Positions 37,078 through 50,536 of a DNA stretch of 64,000 nt are shown here, in pieces. Origin of the DNA: Takakia lepidozioides (Eukaryota > Plantae > Bryophyta); contig CM060733.1 in assembly GCA_030704615.1 (NCBI GenBank), positions 72,044,001-72,108,000 of the forward strand. Reading direction: 5' to 3'. Each line of letters opens with the position of its first letter. Within the stretch, counting starts at the first letter, position 1. The notes under the pieces are model-generated. The model was not told the origin of the DNA, searched no databases, and worked only from the letters and a program-made list of their open reading frames with translations. A program made the position numbers and the translations under genes.

Positions 37078-38334
37078 CCAGTCAGCAGGAAATTCTACCA
37101 CAATTTCTACTGCACAGAGGAGCGCCAGAAAATTTAAAATTGTTTTTTACACTCGATAAAGAGCTGGAGCAAGGGCATTCACCTGTTTAAGGACCCTGTA
37201 GAGACTGACTACATCTCCGAGGAATGAGAGCAACTCGTTGTGGATTTTTAATGAGCACTTGGATGACATCTCCAAGTAAGTTACTATCCCAAAGTTTCAT
37301 GTCCAATATCTTGGCTACTTAACCCCTAAACGACGACGCGACCTGAATCAGTCCTTTGCCACAATCCACCTTTTGTGGATCTGAGTGGATGGAAGTGGGT
37401 CCTGAAGGTAAAGTGAGGGTGTTAGGGAGAAGCACGCGTGGGAATTTAAAGCGCCCTGAAATATTAAAATCTCTGCTCCCTAGAATTTTTCAAAGTGTCA
37501 GGGGTCTGGAAATCCAGCGTTGACTTGCCTACGTGGCAGGCCAAATGAGGAATCTTGGAAACAACATCTAGGGCTCAGATTTTATCAAAATGCCAATTGT
37601 TTTTGTCAAGGCACTATATAAAGTTAGTGTGCACTTACTTACTAGAGGAATTAGAAAACAAACAACATCATGGCTGTACTTGGGTAAGAAGTCAAACCAT
37701 GATAATTTACCCCCCCAGATTTCACATACAAAGCAGCCTATTTGTATTTTTGGAATTTTGGTCTGCTTTTTGGGGGAGAGAGTCCCCTGGGTGCCATATA
37801 TCAGATTATGGGGGCATCTGCCTCAAAAATTTCAACTGGACACTTGAATTAATGGTCAAACCATTTTTGCCATCCAATTTTCAAGTGGGCTTAAAAAATT
37901 CACAATAGTATTTTGTTATAATCTACCCATTCCAACGGTGGATCTTCCTAATTTTCTGGGGGTAGATGACTGTGGTAGTCAAGAATGTATTTGTAAGGTT
38001 CAAATATTTGGATGATTCAGGGTAGCAAGATAGAGCTCAAGACAGGCAGGTCTGTACACTTTTGGGGGTGGCCCAAAAGAGGTCTCATCCTTTAAGGGTT
38101 AAGTTGGTTGTATTAGAAAGTCAATCAAACAAAGAACTTCAGATAGCCGAGTGGCGCCACCTTGTACTTGATCTGGGGGTTCAGCTGGCAAATCAACTAG
38201 AACAAGTGGCCATTGCTTACTAAATGTATTTAGTGTGTACATATCGACATTTCTATTAAATACTAGATGGTCTTGTGGTCAAATATAAACAGTTTAAAAA
38301 TTATAAAAAATTATAATATAGTACAATATTTGCA

Positions 38335-38965
38335 AAAGTAGAGCAGAGGTCCATGGTTGCATCGTCAAAGTTGGAATTGTACCAGATGTCATCCTGAACA
38401 CTACCTTGGTGGACATGTATGCCAAATGTGGGAGCATTGAGGATGTGGAGGGAGTTTTCGACACTATGGCTGAACGAGATTTGGTGTCGTGGAACGCCAT
38501 GCTTGTAGGGTATGCACAGCAGGGGCGCATGATGGAGGCCTTGGAGACCTATGAGCAAATGATGTGCGAGGGGGTGAAGCCCGACCACATCACGTTTGTG
38601 TGCGTTTGCAATGCGTGTACAAGCCTGGCAGCCCTGGAAAAGGGCAAAGAGGTGCATGGTTGCATCGCCAAAGTTGGAATTGTACCAGATGTGATCTGAA
38701 CAATACCCTCGTAGACATGTATGCCAAATGTGGGAGCATTGAGGATGTGGAGGGAGTGTTCAACAATATGGCTGAACGAGATTTGGAACGCCATGCTTGT
38801 AGGATATGCACAGCAGGGGCGCGGGATGGAGGCCTAGGGGAAGGGGTGAAGCCCGACCACATCACATTTGTGTGTGTTTGCAATGTGTGTGCAAGCCTGG
38901 CAGCCCTGGAAAGGGCAAAGAGGTGCATGGTGACATCATCAAAGCTGGAATTGTACCAAATGTCA
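38335..38965 (+). pseudogene. PLS-class pentatricopeptide repeat (PPR) gene fragment
   Basis: LVDMYAKCGSIEDVEGVFDTMAERDLVSWNAMLVGYAQQG...GVKPDHITFVCVCNAC, in two ~300-bp tandem units with stops and deletions. Cut by the Gypsy end at 38966. Confidence 0.92.
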
Positions 38966-39570
38966 TGTCGTGCACCTAAGCATCGTGCCACAACATACAT
39001 CGCTGTCCACTACACAATCTAGGCACACAATCCTAGAAAGCTATACCACAATGATAAGAGATGAGAAATGAGAGAAGTAGAAGACAATGAAAGCTCTCAA
39101 AGCATGAAGCAATCACATGAAGAACAAGCCCTAGTCCTTCCAAGTGAAATCCACTCTATCACATAAACTAAGTCAAGCCAAGGGCACCTTTGCTAAAGGA
39201 ATCCACCCTATAAAGCCCTCAACACACTCCCTCTCAATACCTAGAGCTATGGAGGTGAGAGAAGCTCATGGAGGCTCAACTACAAGAAGATGAGCCTCCT
39301 CAACACTCACAAGGGGAAAACCTATCTCCATGTCTCAAGTGAGGCTCGACACCTCACTTGGCATGTGAGACCAAATGAAGTCCCAACACACAAAATATAA
39401 ATATAAATATCTAAAATGTCCTAGTTAACTAGAAGTAGGTAATTCTAGATAACCATGACTAAAACCATGACAGCTGTCGTGCACCTAAGCATCGTGCCAC
39501 AACATACATCGCTGTCCATCACACAATCTAAGCACACAATCCTAGAAAGCTATACCACAATCGCCCCCCT
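38966..39570 (-). repeat. PPT and Y-gc-X-Y terminal structure of copy A
   Basis: PPT at 39562-39570. Y' at 39475-39559 and 38966-39050 (85 bp each). GC at 39473-39474. X' at 39051-39472. Confidence 0.9.
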
Positions 39571-39816
39571 AGCTGGTGGTTAGGTCCCTCTAACTCTAGA
39601 TAGCTACAAGATGTAATAGCCACAACCGTACTAAGTCCTCTATCACTATCCCTATTGTACTCAAACTCTATAGACCAAGAGGCCGGGTACAAGAGCAACC
39701 CCATCGTTAGTTGCCGTCTTGCAATCTGTGAACTTGAGTCAGGATCTCGTGTGTTGGTCTCCTAGTAGCTTGGCCTTGCATTTCTTGTTAGCCTTCCATG
39801 GTTGTATCCACTCCCA

Positions 39817-39965
39817 CTATCCAATGCAATGCGGACATAACCAGTCCCCATCAGGAACCATCTCAAGAGGTGGAGTCAAGCATCCCATATGCCAACCTCT
39901 AGAGCATTGATCACACACCAGCATGGTGGCTGCCCCTCTAGCAGACCCACACAACATGCACCTCA
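39817..39965 (-). CDS. PHD finger at the integrase C-terminus
   Basis: CMLCGSARGAATMLVCDQCSRGWHMGCLTPPLEMVPDGDWLCPHC is a C4HC3 finger with the conserved W. Confidence 0.95.
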
Positions 39966-42900
39966 AACTTGCAGGTACCACTACCAGGTTTGGGTCAACC
40001 CTTCCATCAACATTTGGAAGGTGACATGGCGCGCAATTATGCACATGGTCCTTCCAAATCATGCCATCCCGACCCTCCAAGATCAGGACTCCTGAGGGCA
40101 ACACCTCTCGAACCCTCAAAATAGTACGTCCTGTAGTCACATCCAAGGTCGTAGGAGCAGTCTGCTGCAGATAAACATAATCACCAGGGTTGAATCTCCG
40201 AACCCCAGGACGATAGCCCCCACCACGTATGGTAGCATACCTCAACGTATCACGATGTTGTGCAATGGCAAGGTTCTCGAAAGCCATGGGCATGACTTTC
40301 TTGAACAACTCTACACGTTGCTCACATGCACGTGCCCACACGTCCGGATCGTCAAGGTTAAGAACTGTAGCAGCTTCTCTGCAAATGGATGTAGGCAAAT
40401 CCGGCTTTCGGCCAAAGAGAAGAAAGTATGGTGAGAAGGAGGCAAGTGATACTTGCTTGCTGAACCTGTAGCCCATGGCTAACCAGGGTAACTGAAGGTC
40501 CCAATCTCCTAGGTGTCCCTTCTGCAAGCCATACTTGCGCAAACCCCTCTTTACTGTCTGAACAACTCTCTCTGCCAAGCCATCGGCCTCAGGATGATCC
40601 CGAGAAGTGGTGCGGTGGTCTATCAAGGCCTTGTCACACAAAGCCTGAAACTCCCCCAAGAACTCTCTCCCTTGGTCCGTGAGTACCTCAGCTGGAGCAC
40701 CGAATCGGCTAAGCACACAATCCAAGAATGCATACGCAGCTCCCTCACTAGCCTTATCAGGCAATGGAACCAATTCAATCCACTTGGAGAAGTGCTCCAC
40801 CATCACCAACACGTATTAGTTGTGGCGCATGGTCAGTGACAACGGCCCTGCGAAGTCAAGACTCCACCTGTAGCCCAATCCCATGATCGGAAGAGGGTGC
40901 AATTGTGGAGTAGGGGCGTTGAATGAAGCACGCACCCTGTCACACACCATGCACCTAGCCACAAATTGTTGCACCTCTGTGTGCATACCACGCCACCAAT
41001 ACTGCCCCTGCAGTAGACTATGAGTGCGTCGCACCCCAAAATGCCCCAACTCCTCATGGGCATGCCGCACTAACCGTGCCCGCTGTGTTGGGTGAGGCAC
41101 AATCCTCACTCGACCATCCTCCCACACTCGGAGCAGGTGTGTCCCCTCCCACTTGAACCTCTTGGCTCGTTGTAGGATCCGATCCCTCTCCTTGGCAGTC
41201 ACAGTGGCTGCAGTGTCTCAAGTGCGGAGTTAGTCCAACACAACTGAATCCTCATGTATATCTTTGGCGCCACCTTGCTCATTGCTGGCCTTAGGGTCCT
41301 CAGACACTTGATCTACAGTCATCCCTATTGCAGGTCCAACCTGGCCTTCCGCTGCCAAGATACACAGAAATGCAGATGCATGCCATCCGGGCACCATCTC
41401 CTCGTCCGTCTCACCATGCCACCGAGCTCCAGTGTCATCCTGTTGGCTCGTGCATGGATTGCGACTCAACCCATCTGCATTGCGATTGACCAAACCCGGT
41501 CGATGCACCACCTGAAAGTCATACTCTTGAAGGATGAGTGCCCACCGTGCAAGCTTCCCCGTAAGCTTGTCTGACTCCATCAACCACTTGAGGGGTTGGT
41601 GATCCGTGACAAGGGTGAAGAGATTGCCGTATAGTTAGCACCTGAAGTGTGCCACGGCCCACACTGCAGCTAAGCATTCTCCCTCATATGAGCTATACTT
41701 AGACTCTACAATGTTGTTCGAGCAGCTAGCATAAGCCACTACGAACTCTCTTCCCTCATCATCCACCTGTGTGAGCACCGCTCCAAGCCCCAGCATGCTC
41801 CAATCTGTATGCAGCTGAAAATGACGCCCCCTGATAGGTCGTCTCAAGATAGGCGCCGAGGTCAACCTCGCCTTGAGCTCTTGAAAAGCTTGTTCTTGCT
41901 CATCTTCCCACTGCCACTCCTGGTCCACCTTGGTCAGCTTGGTTAGAGCCTTTGCAATGGCACTAAATCCCTTAACAAACCGTCTATAATAGTTTACTAA
42001 CCCCATGAAAGCTCGAACTCGGCTCACATCCGTGGGGCGTGGAACCTGTGCAATGGACTCTACCTTAGTCTGCTATACCTCCAATCCTCCAGGATATATC
42101 ATGTGACCCAGATACTCAATCTGGTTGTGGAAAAACTTGCACTTTCCCGGATGTAACTTCAATCCGTGCGCCCTCAAGCTCTCAAATACCCCCTGAAGGT
42201 GTCTCTCATGCTCTTCCACCGTAGCACTAAAGATGATGATGTCATCTATGTAGCACCACCTCTGCTAGAATCCTGTCTATGACTCTCTAAAACTCTGCCG
42301 GAGCGTTCTTAAGCCCAAATGGTAAGAACCGCCACTGGTATAGGCAATCCTTCCCATGCTCATTGATCCCCCAGAATGCCATCTTTTGCTTATCCGCCTC
42401 CTTGATCGGCAACTGGTGATATCCGGATCGTAAATCCAACGTGCTAAAGACCTTGGCATGCCCAATGGCATCAAAGATCTCCTCTGGTGTTGGCATGGCA
42501 TACTTATCGGACTTGGTCTGACGATTTACAGGCCGGTAATCACCGCACATACGTCTCTTCGTCCAATTGCCAAAGACATCCTTCTTGCCTTGCATCACTG
42601 TGGCTGAAGCATACTCTCCCCCAGATAGCTCCACCAAACCAGCCTCCCAAAGGTCCTGAGTTCTCATCTGAATCAAGGACCTCTCCATGTCACTGTATCT
42701 ATAGGGTCTCCGAAAGATTGGCGTGTCAGTAGCCAATTTAATGCGAATCTCTTGACCCTTCAGTGCTCCTAAGTCCTTCAAACTGAAGGCAAAGCAGTTC
42801 CTGTAAGCCCTCAAGAACCGCCGTATACGTTGTCTCTCTCCTCCGGTGACTATAGGTCCAACATCAGGCTCCCAGTTGTCCTCCGTGACTGCAACCTTGA

Positions 42901-43219
42901 GTCCAGCAGACTTAGAGGTAGAAGATGCGTCACGTGGTTGCTATGCTGCAACCTCTTGAGCAGTGACCACTGCCTCCTCTGTCAGTGACAATGTCTCATC
43001 CTGCCCCATCATCCCATCCTTGAGGACCTCCTCAATCCGAGAAAAATCCCCAACCTGATCCATCACCGCCGCCTTGGCTGCCAACTCCTTCTGAACCTCG
43101 AGCACCTCCCACGTGTGCCATGGATGCGGCCTGCACCTTGTGGTCCTCACCTGCTCACCCCCACTCGCTGCCTGTACCGTCTCGGTAGGCAGGGAGACCA
43201 TGAAGGGTAGTGTACTCCG

Positions 43220-44200
43220 TACTCTGCGCTGCTCAGCCATAGCCAAGCTAATAATCCAGGTCAAACAATTGAGATCCATTGCTTGCCCCAACACCTGACG
43301 ACGTGATGCCTCAGAAAGAGATGGCACCGCCGTGGTACCTGTGGTAAAACCCATCGCCCGCTCGCGCTCGTCAGCATTGGGCTCCACTAATTGTTGCAAC
43401 TGGCTATCCCACAAGAGGCCAGGTCCACCATCCCGAAAAGCATGGGATCCTGGGAAGCTGAGCAGTGTAGGTAATGCTGCTCGTGGTTGACCCACCCTGT
43501 TGACCACTGCCAAAGGCGAACGGTCATCGTGTCTCACACGTTGAGACTGCCTCCCCGTGTCCAAATGCTATCCACTGTGAGGTGTGCTGGCCGCTGCACC
43601 CCATCAAATGCACGCTTGAGCAGTGCGGGTGGCATCAAGTTAGTCCACCATAGCGTGGATGATGAGCCCATGACCCCACTGCAGCTGCATCCAGCAACAC
43701 TGCTGACCCAAGCCACGACCGGACTTGATGCACACTGGCCATCACCCTGGCCCGAGAATCACCCATCAGTGGCACATTCTCCAAGATGTATGCTGGAGAT
43801 ACAGCTTGATGAAGCTACAAGTGGCGCAAAATCCGCACCATCTCCCAAAACAGACCCGTCCTTGAGTCTCGCAATCCATTGCCATGCCCGGCTGATGAAT
43901 GCCCTTGGCAGGGCCAACCTGCCACTACCAGATCAATGGAGTCAACCCACTCCAAATCTTGCACCCCCAACAATGAAATGTCTGCTGGCAAGGCTTGTTG
44001 GTATCCACGAACTGCAGACACTGGCAACAAATCAGGGTACTGCTGTACCAACTGAGCAACATGGCGCAGTGAGACGCGTCGTGCAGTCTCATCCCTCTCC
44101 ACATACAGGTAACGTTGAACTCGTACACATTGCCTGCAGTACTGCAGCCAATCCAGTGCTGATCCCGCCAAACAAGTCCAGAAGGCATATGCCTTCATCC
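43220..44200 (-). pseudogene. C5-cytosine DNA methyltransferase domain embedded in pol (copy A)
   Basis: Motif I LDLFGG at 44164-44181; motif IV GWPCQ at 43905-43919; motif VI ENV at 43773-43781; C-terminal ERERAMGF...RRQVLGQAM. Confidence 0.92.
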
Positions 44201-47200
44201 GGGCACTGCCACACAAGAGGTGTGGTGTCCAATGGCGACAACTGAGGTGGTCCTGGTGCAATCATCGCACTCTCCTCTTCTCTTGACGGTACGAAGGTCT
44301 CTACCCAGGCTTGTTGTACCCGTCCATCAGCAGCCTGCTGCAAATCCTTGCTCATACCTCATAATGGAGTGTGAGCAACCATGGCAAGCAACTCCGCCGT
44401 ACCATGCATGTCATCCTGCTCTGCTGGAGGTGGCACATCCTCTGCATTGGCATTGCCTTCCAGCAACTCTCCAGGCCAACTAACTGCAACTGTAAAGGCG
44501 GCTAGAGTTGGCATCTTGCCCCGCTGGGCAGCCGCAATACCCCCAATGAATGTCACAGGGAGCTGTGCACGATGACCATCCCCTGACTGCCATCCAGGCC
44601 TGTAGGATGCTGACTCCTCCCAAAAGTCCAGGGTGAAGCCCATGGGATATAACACTGCCCCACCAACAAGTACATCGTAAGAGACCGCGTCTATCACAAT
44701 GGCCTTGGCTCGCATCACTGAGCCATCTACAGGATGATCTGGTTGTAGTCCAATGGCCAACTCACGCCGTGTCATGCCCCGAGCCTGCTCTGATCCTCCC
44801 AGAGATGTCTGTATCTGGAAAGGACAAGGCTCCATTTCCGCCTCCATGAGGCCCAAACCTGCAATAGCAGCTCTGCCCAACATCAGTGGCTGAGCTCCTG
44901 AGTCCAACAAGACCCGCAGTGGCTGGTACTTCTTGCCTGCCGGTCCACTCAAAGTGAAAATGCCTCCCTGGTTGTCTAACAAGACAACTCCAGGTGTCAC
45001 CATGGCGCGCTCAAAGGCTGGCCTAGCTGGCAGCTCCATCAATCTGGCAGCTGCAGCTTGCCATGGCGCAGCCGTGGCAGTCTTGACCCTCAAATCCGAG
45101 GATCCCTCTGCCACTACACCTTCCAGTAACTCCGCAGAAGATGAAGTGACCTCCCCACTCTCGCAGAGTGTTGCTGCTAGTCTGAACACTGCAGCTGGTC
45201 TTACCCCCGGCAATCATGGTTGCCGAGAACAGTGGGGCTTGACACACAGAGGTGGCTGCCCCCAATAACACACTGGCTGCACTAGCCTTGGTAGCAGGTG
45301 TCAGTGCTGCACGTGTAGTTCTCCCCAATGGCATAGTAACCTCCGCCTCGGTAACACTCGGGCGAGAACTAGGTGCCATGGATGGCGTCGACATTGGCTC
45401 CGCCAATGTGAATGACTGAGGAAGCCTTGCCTGACGGCTTGCCTCCCCACGCTGTGGATCCAATTCCACCTCTGCACCTCGTGGCTCAGGAACTCGTACT
45501 GCTCCTTGAGTCACGGCTGCAGCAGACTCCACCTGCACTAGTGGTAGTGCTGCTCCGCACATGAATCCCATGCCTCCCATATCTCCTCCCTCAGGAGCAG
45601 GAGGTGGACCATCCCGCCTGGGAGCCGGTACCACCTGAGCTGTAGCCATGGCAGCGAGCTTCTGCTCTAGCTGCTGAAGCCGGTTGGCCATGTTTTGGTC
45701 AACACCCTGACCTCTACGTCCTTCGCCATGTTGAGCTTGCCCTTGGCCTGCACCTCGTGCCCGACCACCTCGTCCTCTCTGGGCTGGTCCACCTCGCCCC
45801 CAGCCACCATTGTTCCCTTGGAACTGGCCTGAGCGCAACTCAGGGTGCAAGTCATAACACTGGGCATCTCCATGCCCATACTTGCCACAATGCCCACACT
45901 GCAACTGTGCAGGCTGTGCTTGTGCCGGCCTTCTGCCACTCTCTGGGCAATCTCTCTTGATATGGGGTCCTCCACATGTCCAACATATCACCCCTGGTTG
46001 CTGTTGGCCTACAAAAGATGCCACGGGCCTCTGCACCTGAGGTCCCCTGTAAGCTCCATGGAACTTGGGTTGGGCAACCTTGCCCCCCTGACCACGCTGT
46101 TGGGCAGTCCCTTGTACTTGTTGGCTGGCAGCGGCACCTCGTGCAGGCATGTCCTTGCCAAATCCAATGGTAACAACTCGCTCCTCCACCATGTTGAGCT
46201 CAATCCGCTCAGCCAGCAGAAACACATCCGCTAATGTGGGTTGGGCCGCTTGTAACAGGGTTGCATCCCGCACCCTTCTCTTGAGCTCCTTGTCCAAAAT
46301 TCTATACCAGAACTGGACTGCCTGAGCTTCAGTAACCCCTTGGGTCACACTTATCAAGCGCCTCATACGAGTGTAGGCCTCTCGCAAGCTCTCACTGAAT
46401 TTGCGCTGGAAGTCTTGCAAACTTCACAGCTTCTCTGTCCGTACACCTTGGTAGTTCCTCCGCAACTCCTGGAAGAACTCCACCACCAGGTTGAATCTAG
46501 GCACATGTGTTGTAATTGTGGCAAGAGGAGTAGTAGCACCTTTTGAACTGGTACCACCTGCAGAAGTGCCGACACTACTTGTTCCACTACTAGTGCTTGT
46601 AGTTGGAGATGTTTGTGTAGCTGCCGGTGTCACCGCTGCCCTTGTGCCTCTAGTGATTGAGACATAGTTAGGTGACCAATACTCTCGTCACTCCTCAATC
46701 TCCACCACATGTCCCCGCCTAAATTCATGGTAATCATCCATGGGCGGCCCCTCAAGGTGCTGGAATAGCCCCTTCCACGCCATAAAGGGCGTAAACAGTT
46801 GTGGATTGCGCATTTGCTGCAAATCACACCAACTGTCAAACTCTTGTATAAAGTCATTAAGCTCGATGGTGCCCACAACTCCAGAGTACCTACGTGGCCC
46901 CTTGGTAGCTCCATACATCTCCTCCATCGTGTCCCACAACAATGGCACGGATATGACTTGCACCCTCGGCGAGAATCCTCCTGACTCCGAGTCTGAACCT
47001 TCCTCAGAAGACACTGAAGGTGAAAGTGGCCTAAACCGTACACCTTGTCTTGTGTACCCACTAGTATCGCTGGTGCTTGTACCGACACTCCCCTCAGCAG
47101 CTGGTGGCACCTCCGTGATGAAAACTCACAACCCAACCGGTTGTCAACCTGTCTTTAATCCCCACTTTCTACAAGGTAACCGGGTAAAGAACCTGTTGCG

Positions 47201-47933
47201 GCTACTGGTTCAAGCAGGAATAATAGGTTTCTAACGTAGACCTGTACCTGCACCTGCATCCACCGCAAGCACTCCTATGGTCTGCTGGTCATCAACCCAG
47301 CCTCACCATAGAAAGAAACACTGGTGGTCTTGCTGGTCATCACTCCAGCCTCACCACCGACAGCATACTCTAGGATTGGCCGGTGATCAAATCCGGACCA
47401 ACCTCCTATGAAAACAAGCGCCCACACAAAGCTAACATGGCGCACAGTCAAGCATGCAGGTGTGGAGGGGATCCAAACACAAGAAAATCAAGACAACAAC
47501 TCCCCCACACCAAAAACACTCCACAGTGTCGCTCCTGCAAGGACACCCCAGCCCAAACCCGGACTGACTCTTGCCTCCACCTACGGAAAGGTTTTGGCCT
47601 ACAGAGATGGTGAAAGACTATGGAGAAGAGAAACTAAAGCAATTCCTAACCCCATAATGCTCTCATCCCACCACTCTCCCTCATGTCTCTATCCACTCGC
47701 TTGTATGGCCGTGGCAAGTATCCTTCAATATCCCTCAATCAATCCTTCAAGAGCTCTTCAACATTGTCCACCAAAGCTCCTCGAAGGGTCCTCCAAGGAC
47801 CCCAAAGATCCTCCAAACACTCCTCCAAGGACCCCAAAAATCCTCCAAATACTCCTCCAAGGGCCCTCAAATATCTTCCAAACAATCCTCCAAAGGCCCT
47901 TAAATTTCACTAAGTCCTTTCACTGTTGATACC

Positions 47934-48095
47934 TTAACAGAGGTATAGTCTGAGGTTGCTAGGGTCCCTTATGTTGATGATACCTTTACAGAGGTATAGT
48001 CTGAAAATGAGGGTTCTGTTTGGTATACTAACAGAGATATAGTCTGAGCTGATTAGGGTCCACATATGGTGACACCTCAATAGAGGTATAGTAAA
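47934..48095. repeat. Short degenerate tandem repeat (AGAGGTATAGTCTGA, 4 copies) between copies A and B
   Basis: Motif near 47938, 47989, 48032 and 48082. Confidence 0.7.
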
Positions 48096-49809
48096 AGGGG
48101 CCATCACCCTGGCCCGAGAATCGCCCATCAGTGGCACATTCTCCAAGATGTATGCTGGAGATACAGCTTGATGAATCTGCAAGTGGCGCAAAACCCGCAC
48201 CATCTCCCAAAACAGACCCGACCTTGAGTCTCGCAATCCATTGTCATGCCCGGCTGATGAATGCCCTTGGCAGGGCCAACCTGCCACTACCAGATCAATG
48301 GAGCCAACCCGCTCCAAATCCTGCGCCCCCAGCAACGAAATGTCTGCTGGCAAGGCCTGCTGATATCCACGAACTGCAGACACCGACAACAACTCAGGGT
48401 ACCGCTGCACCAACTGAGCAACATGGCGAAGTGAAATGCGTCGTGCTGTCTCATCTCTCTCCACATACAGGTAACGCCGAACTCGTACATCTGCCTGTAA
48501 CACAGCAGCCAATCCGGTGCGGATCCCGCCAAACAAGTATAGAAGACAAATGCCTTCATCCGGATACTGCCACACAATAGGTGTGGTGTCCAATGGAGAC
48601 AACTGAGGTGGTCCTGGTGCAATCCCCGCACTCTCCTCCTCTCTTGACGGTACAAAAGCCTCCACCCAGGCTTGTTGCACTCGTTGATCAGTATCCCGTT
48701 GCAAATCCTTGCTCGTGCCCCACAATGGAGTCTGAGCAACCATGGTAGGCAACTTCGCCATACCATACATGTCCTCCTGCTCTCCCAGAGGTGGCACATC
48801 CTCTGAATGAGCGTTGCCCTCAAGCAACTCTCCAGGCCAATTTATTGCCGGTGTGAATGCTGCTAGTGTCGGCATCTTGCCTCGTTGGGCAACCGCAACT
48901 CCTCCTATGAACGTCACAGGGAGCTACACATGCCGGCCTTCCCCTGACTGCCATCCAGGCCTATAGGAAGCTGACTCCTCCCAAAAATCTAGGATGAAGC
49001 CCATGGGGTACAACACTGCCCCACCAACCAGGACATCGTACGAGACCGCGTCTGTCACAATGGCCTTGGTTCGCATTACTGAGCCATCTGTAGGGTGATC
49101 CGGCCGTAGTCTGATAGCCAACTCACGTCGTGTCATGCCCCGAGCCTGCTCCGATCCTCCCAGAGACGTCTGTATCTGGAAAGGACAAGGCTCCATATCC
49201 GCCTCCGTGAGGCCCAAGCCTGCAATAGCAGCTCTGCCCAGCATCAATGGCTGAGCTCCCGAGTCCAACAAGACCCGCAGTGGCCGGTACCTCTTGCCTG
49301 CCGGTCCACTCAAACAGAAAATGTCATCCTGGTTGTCTAACATGACAACTCTAGGTGTAACCATGGCGCGCTCAATGGCTGGCCTAGCTGGTAGCTCCAT
49401 CAACCTGGCAGCTGCAGCTTGCCATGGCGCCGCCGTGGCAGTCTTGACCCTCAAATCCGAGGATCCCTCCGGCACTACACCTCCCACTATCTCCGCAGAA
49501 GATGAAGTAACCTCCCCACTTTCACAGAGTGTAGCTGCCAGCCTGAACAACTCAGCTGGTCTTACCCCGGGCGTCGCAATCATGGTAGCCGAGAACAATG
49601 GAGCCCGGCACACAGATATGGCCGCTCCTAGCAGCACACTAGCTGTCGTAGCCTTGGCAATACTAGGTAGTGGTGCTACCCGTGTAGCTCTCCCTCCGCC
49701 TCGGCAACAGTTGGGCGAGAACTAGGTGCCATGGATGGCGTCGACACTATCTCCGCCAATGTGAACGACTGAGGAAGCCTAGCCTGACGGCTTGCCTCCC
49801 CACGCTGTG

Positions 49810-50536
49810 TGTCGCGCACCTCCCTTCGGTAAGCTCCCCCTCAAGTCATAGTTACTCGCTTTGATGCGCGCGCCTGACTCCCAACCTGGCCGCCGGGCCA
49901 ACTTGGAGCTTCGGCTGCTCACCGGGGCATAACGGTCCCCCTTTGTTCTCCCAAAGAACCCTCCACCGCTTTGGAACCAGCTGGAATTCCCTTTTGTAGT
50001 TGGCAGTCCGGAACAGCTCCCCACTCTTTGGTCGCTTTCCGGCTCGCTCGCTTACTCACTAGTTTTTGGTCACCAACGGGCTTGCACCGTTCTCGGGGTT
50101 ACTACTCCCTATATATACTTCTGTAGCTGTCCGCGGGGGTTTCACAACCAGCCATGCCATTTTATGGCGAACCACCACGAAGACCCTCGATTCCCGGTGG
50201 TGAGTCGCGGTGAGTCTTGGCCCACTCACCGTGGCCCCAATGGACCGTGATGAGTCCCAAGACTCCCCACGACTCCCACCTCGAGGTCTCCACCCCATGG
50301 TGAGTCCTATGCCACCCCCACTAAGTCCCGCTAAGCTACCACCACCCCTTGTGGAGCCACCCCCACCGCAACCTGGTGTGCGGGGCTCCACCTAGTGAGC
50401 GCCTCCGCCTCCTTGAGTGCCTTGGGCACTCAAGGGTGCTTCAGCCCCCGTACCTATCGCTGCTACTGCCCCCACCATAGGGGCAGCCCCTCTTGTGTCC
50501 CGACCCCCCCTGCCCTCAAGGCAAAGGGCCGCGACA
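49810..50536 (-). mobile_element. Solo LTR of the 22.7-kb Gypsy family, inserted in gag of copy B
   Basis: Reverse complement of 22708-23331 plus ~100 bp extra. TG...CA ends. 5-bp TSD CTGTG at 49805-49809 and 50537-50541. The empty site is visible in copy A near 45453. Confidence 0.97.

Larger units (their letters stand above)
38966..47930 (-). mobile_element. Ty3/Gypsy retrotransposon copy A: gag-PR-DNMT-RT-RH-INT-PHD, 5' end missing
   Basis: Gag with two zinc knuckles (CWTCGGPHIKRDC, CGHCGKYGHGDAQC); protease LLDSGA; C5-MTase motifs; RT ([27 protein letters not shown]); RNase H (LHTDWS, YEGECLA); integrase HHCC and core (TDQGREF, GLAERVVQ); PHD finger. Multiple stops and frameshifts. Confidence 0.95.

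Noticed and set aside
43487-48580. Long plus-strand ORFs opposite the Gypsy pol
   Set aside because: Antisense shadows of GC-rich coding sequence, with no recognisable motifs.
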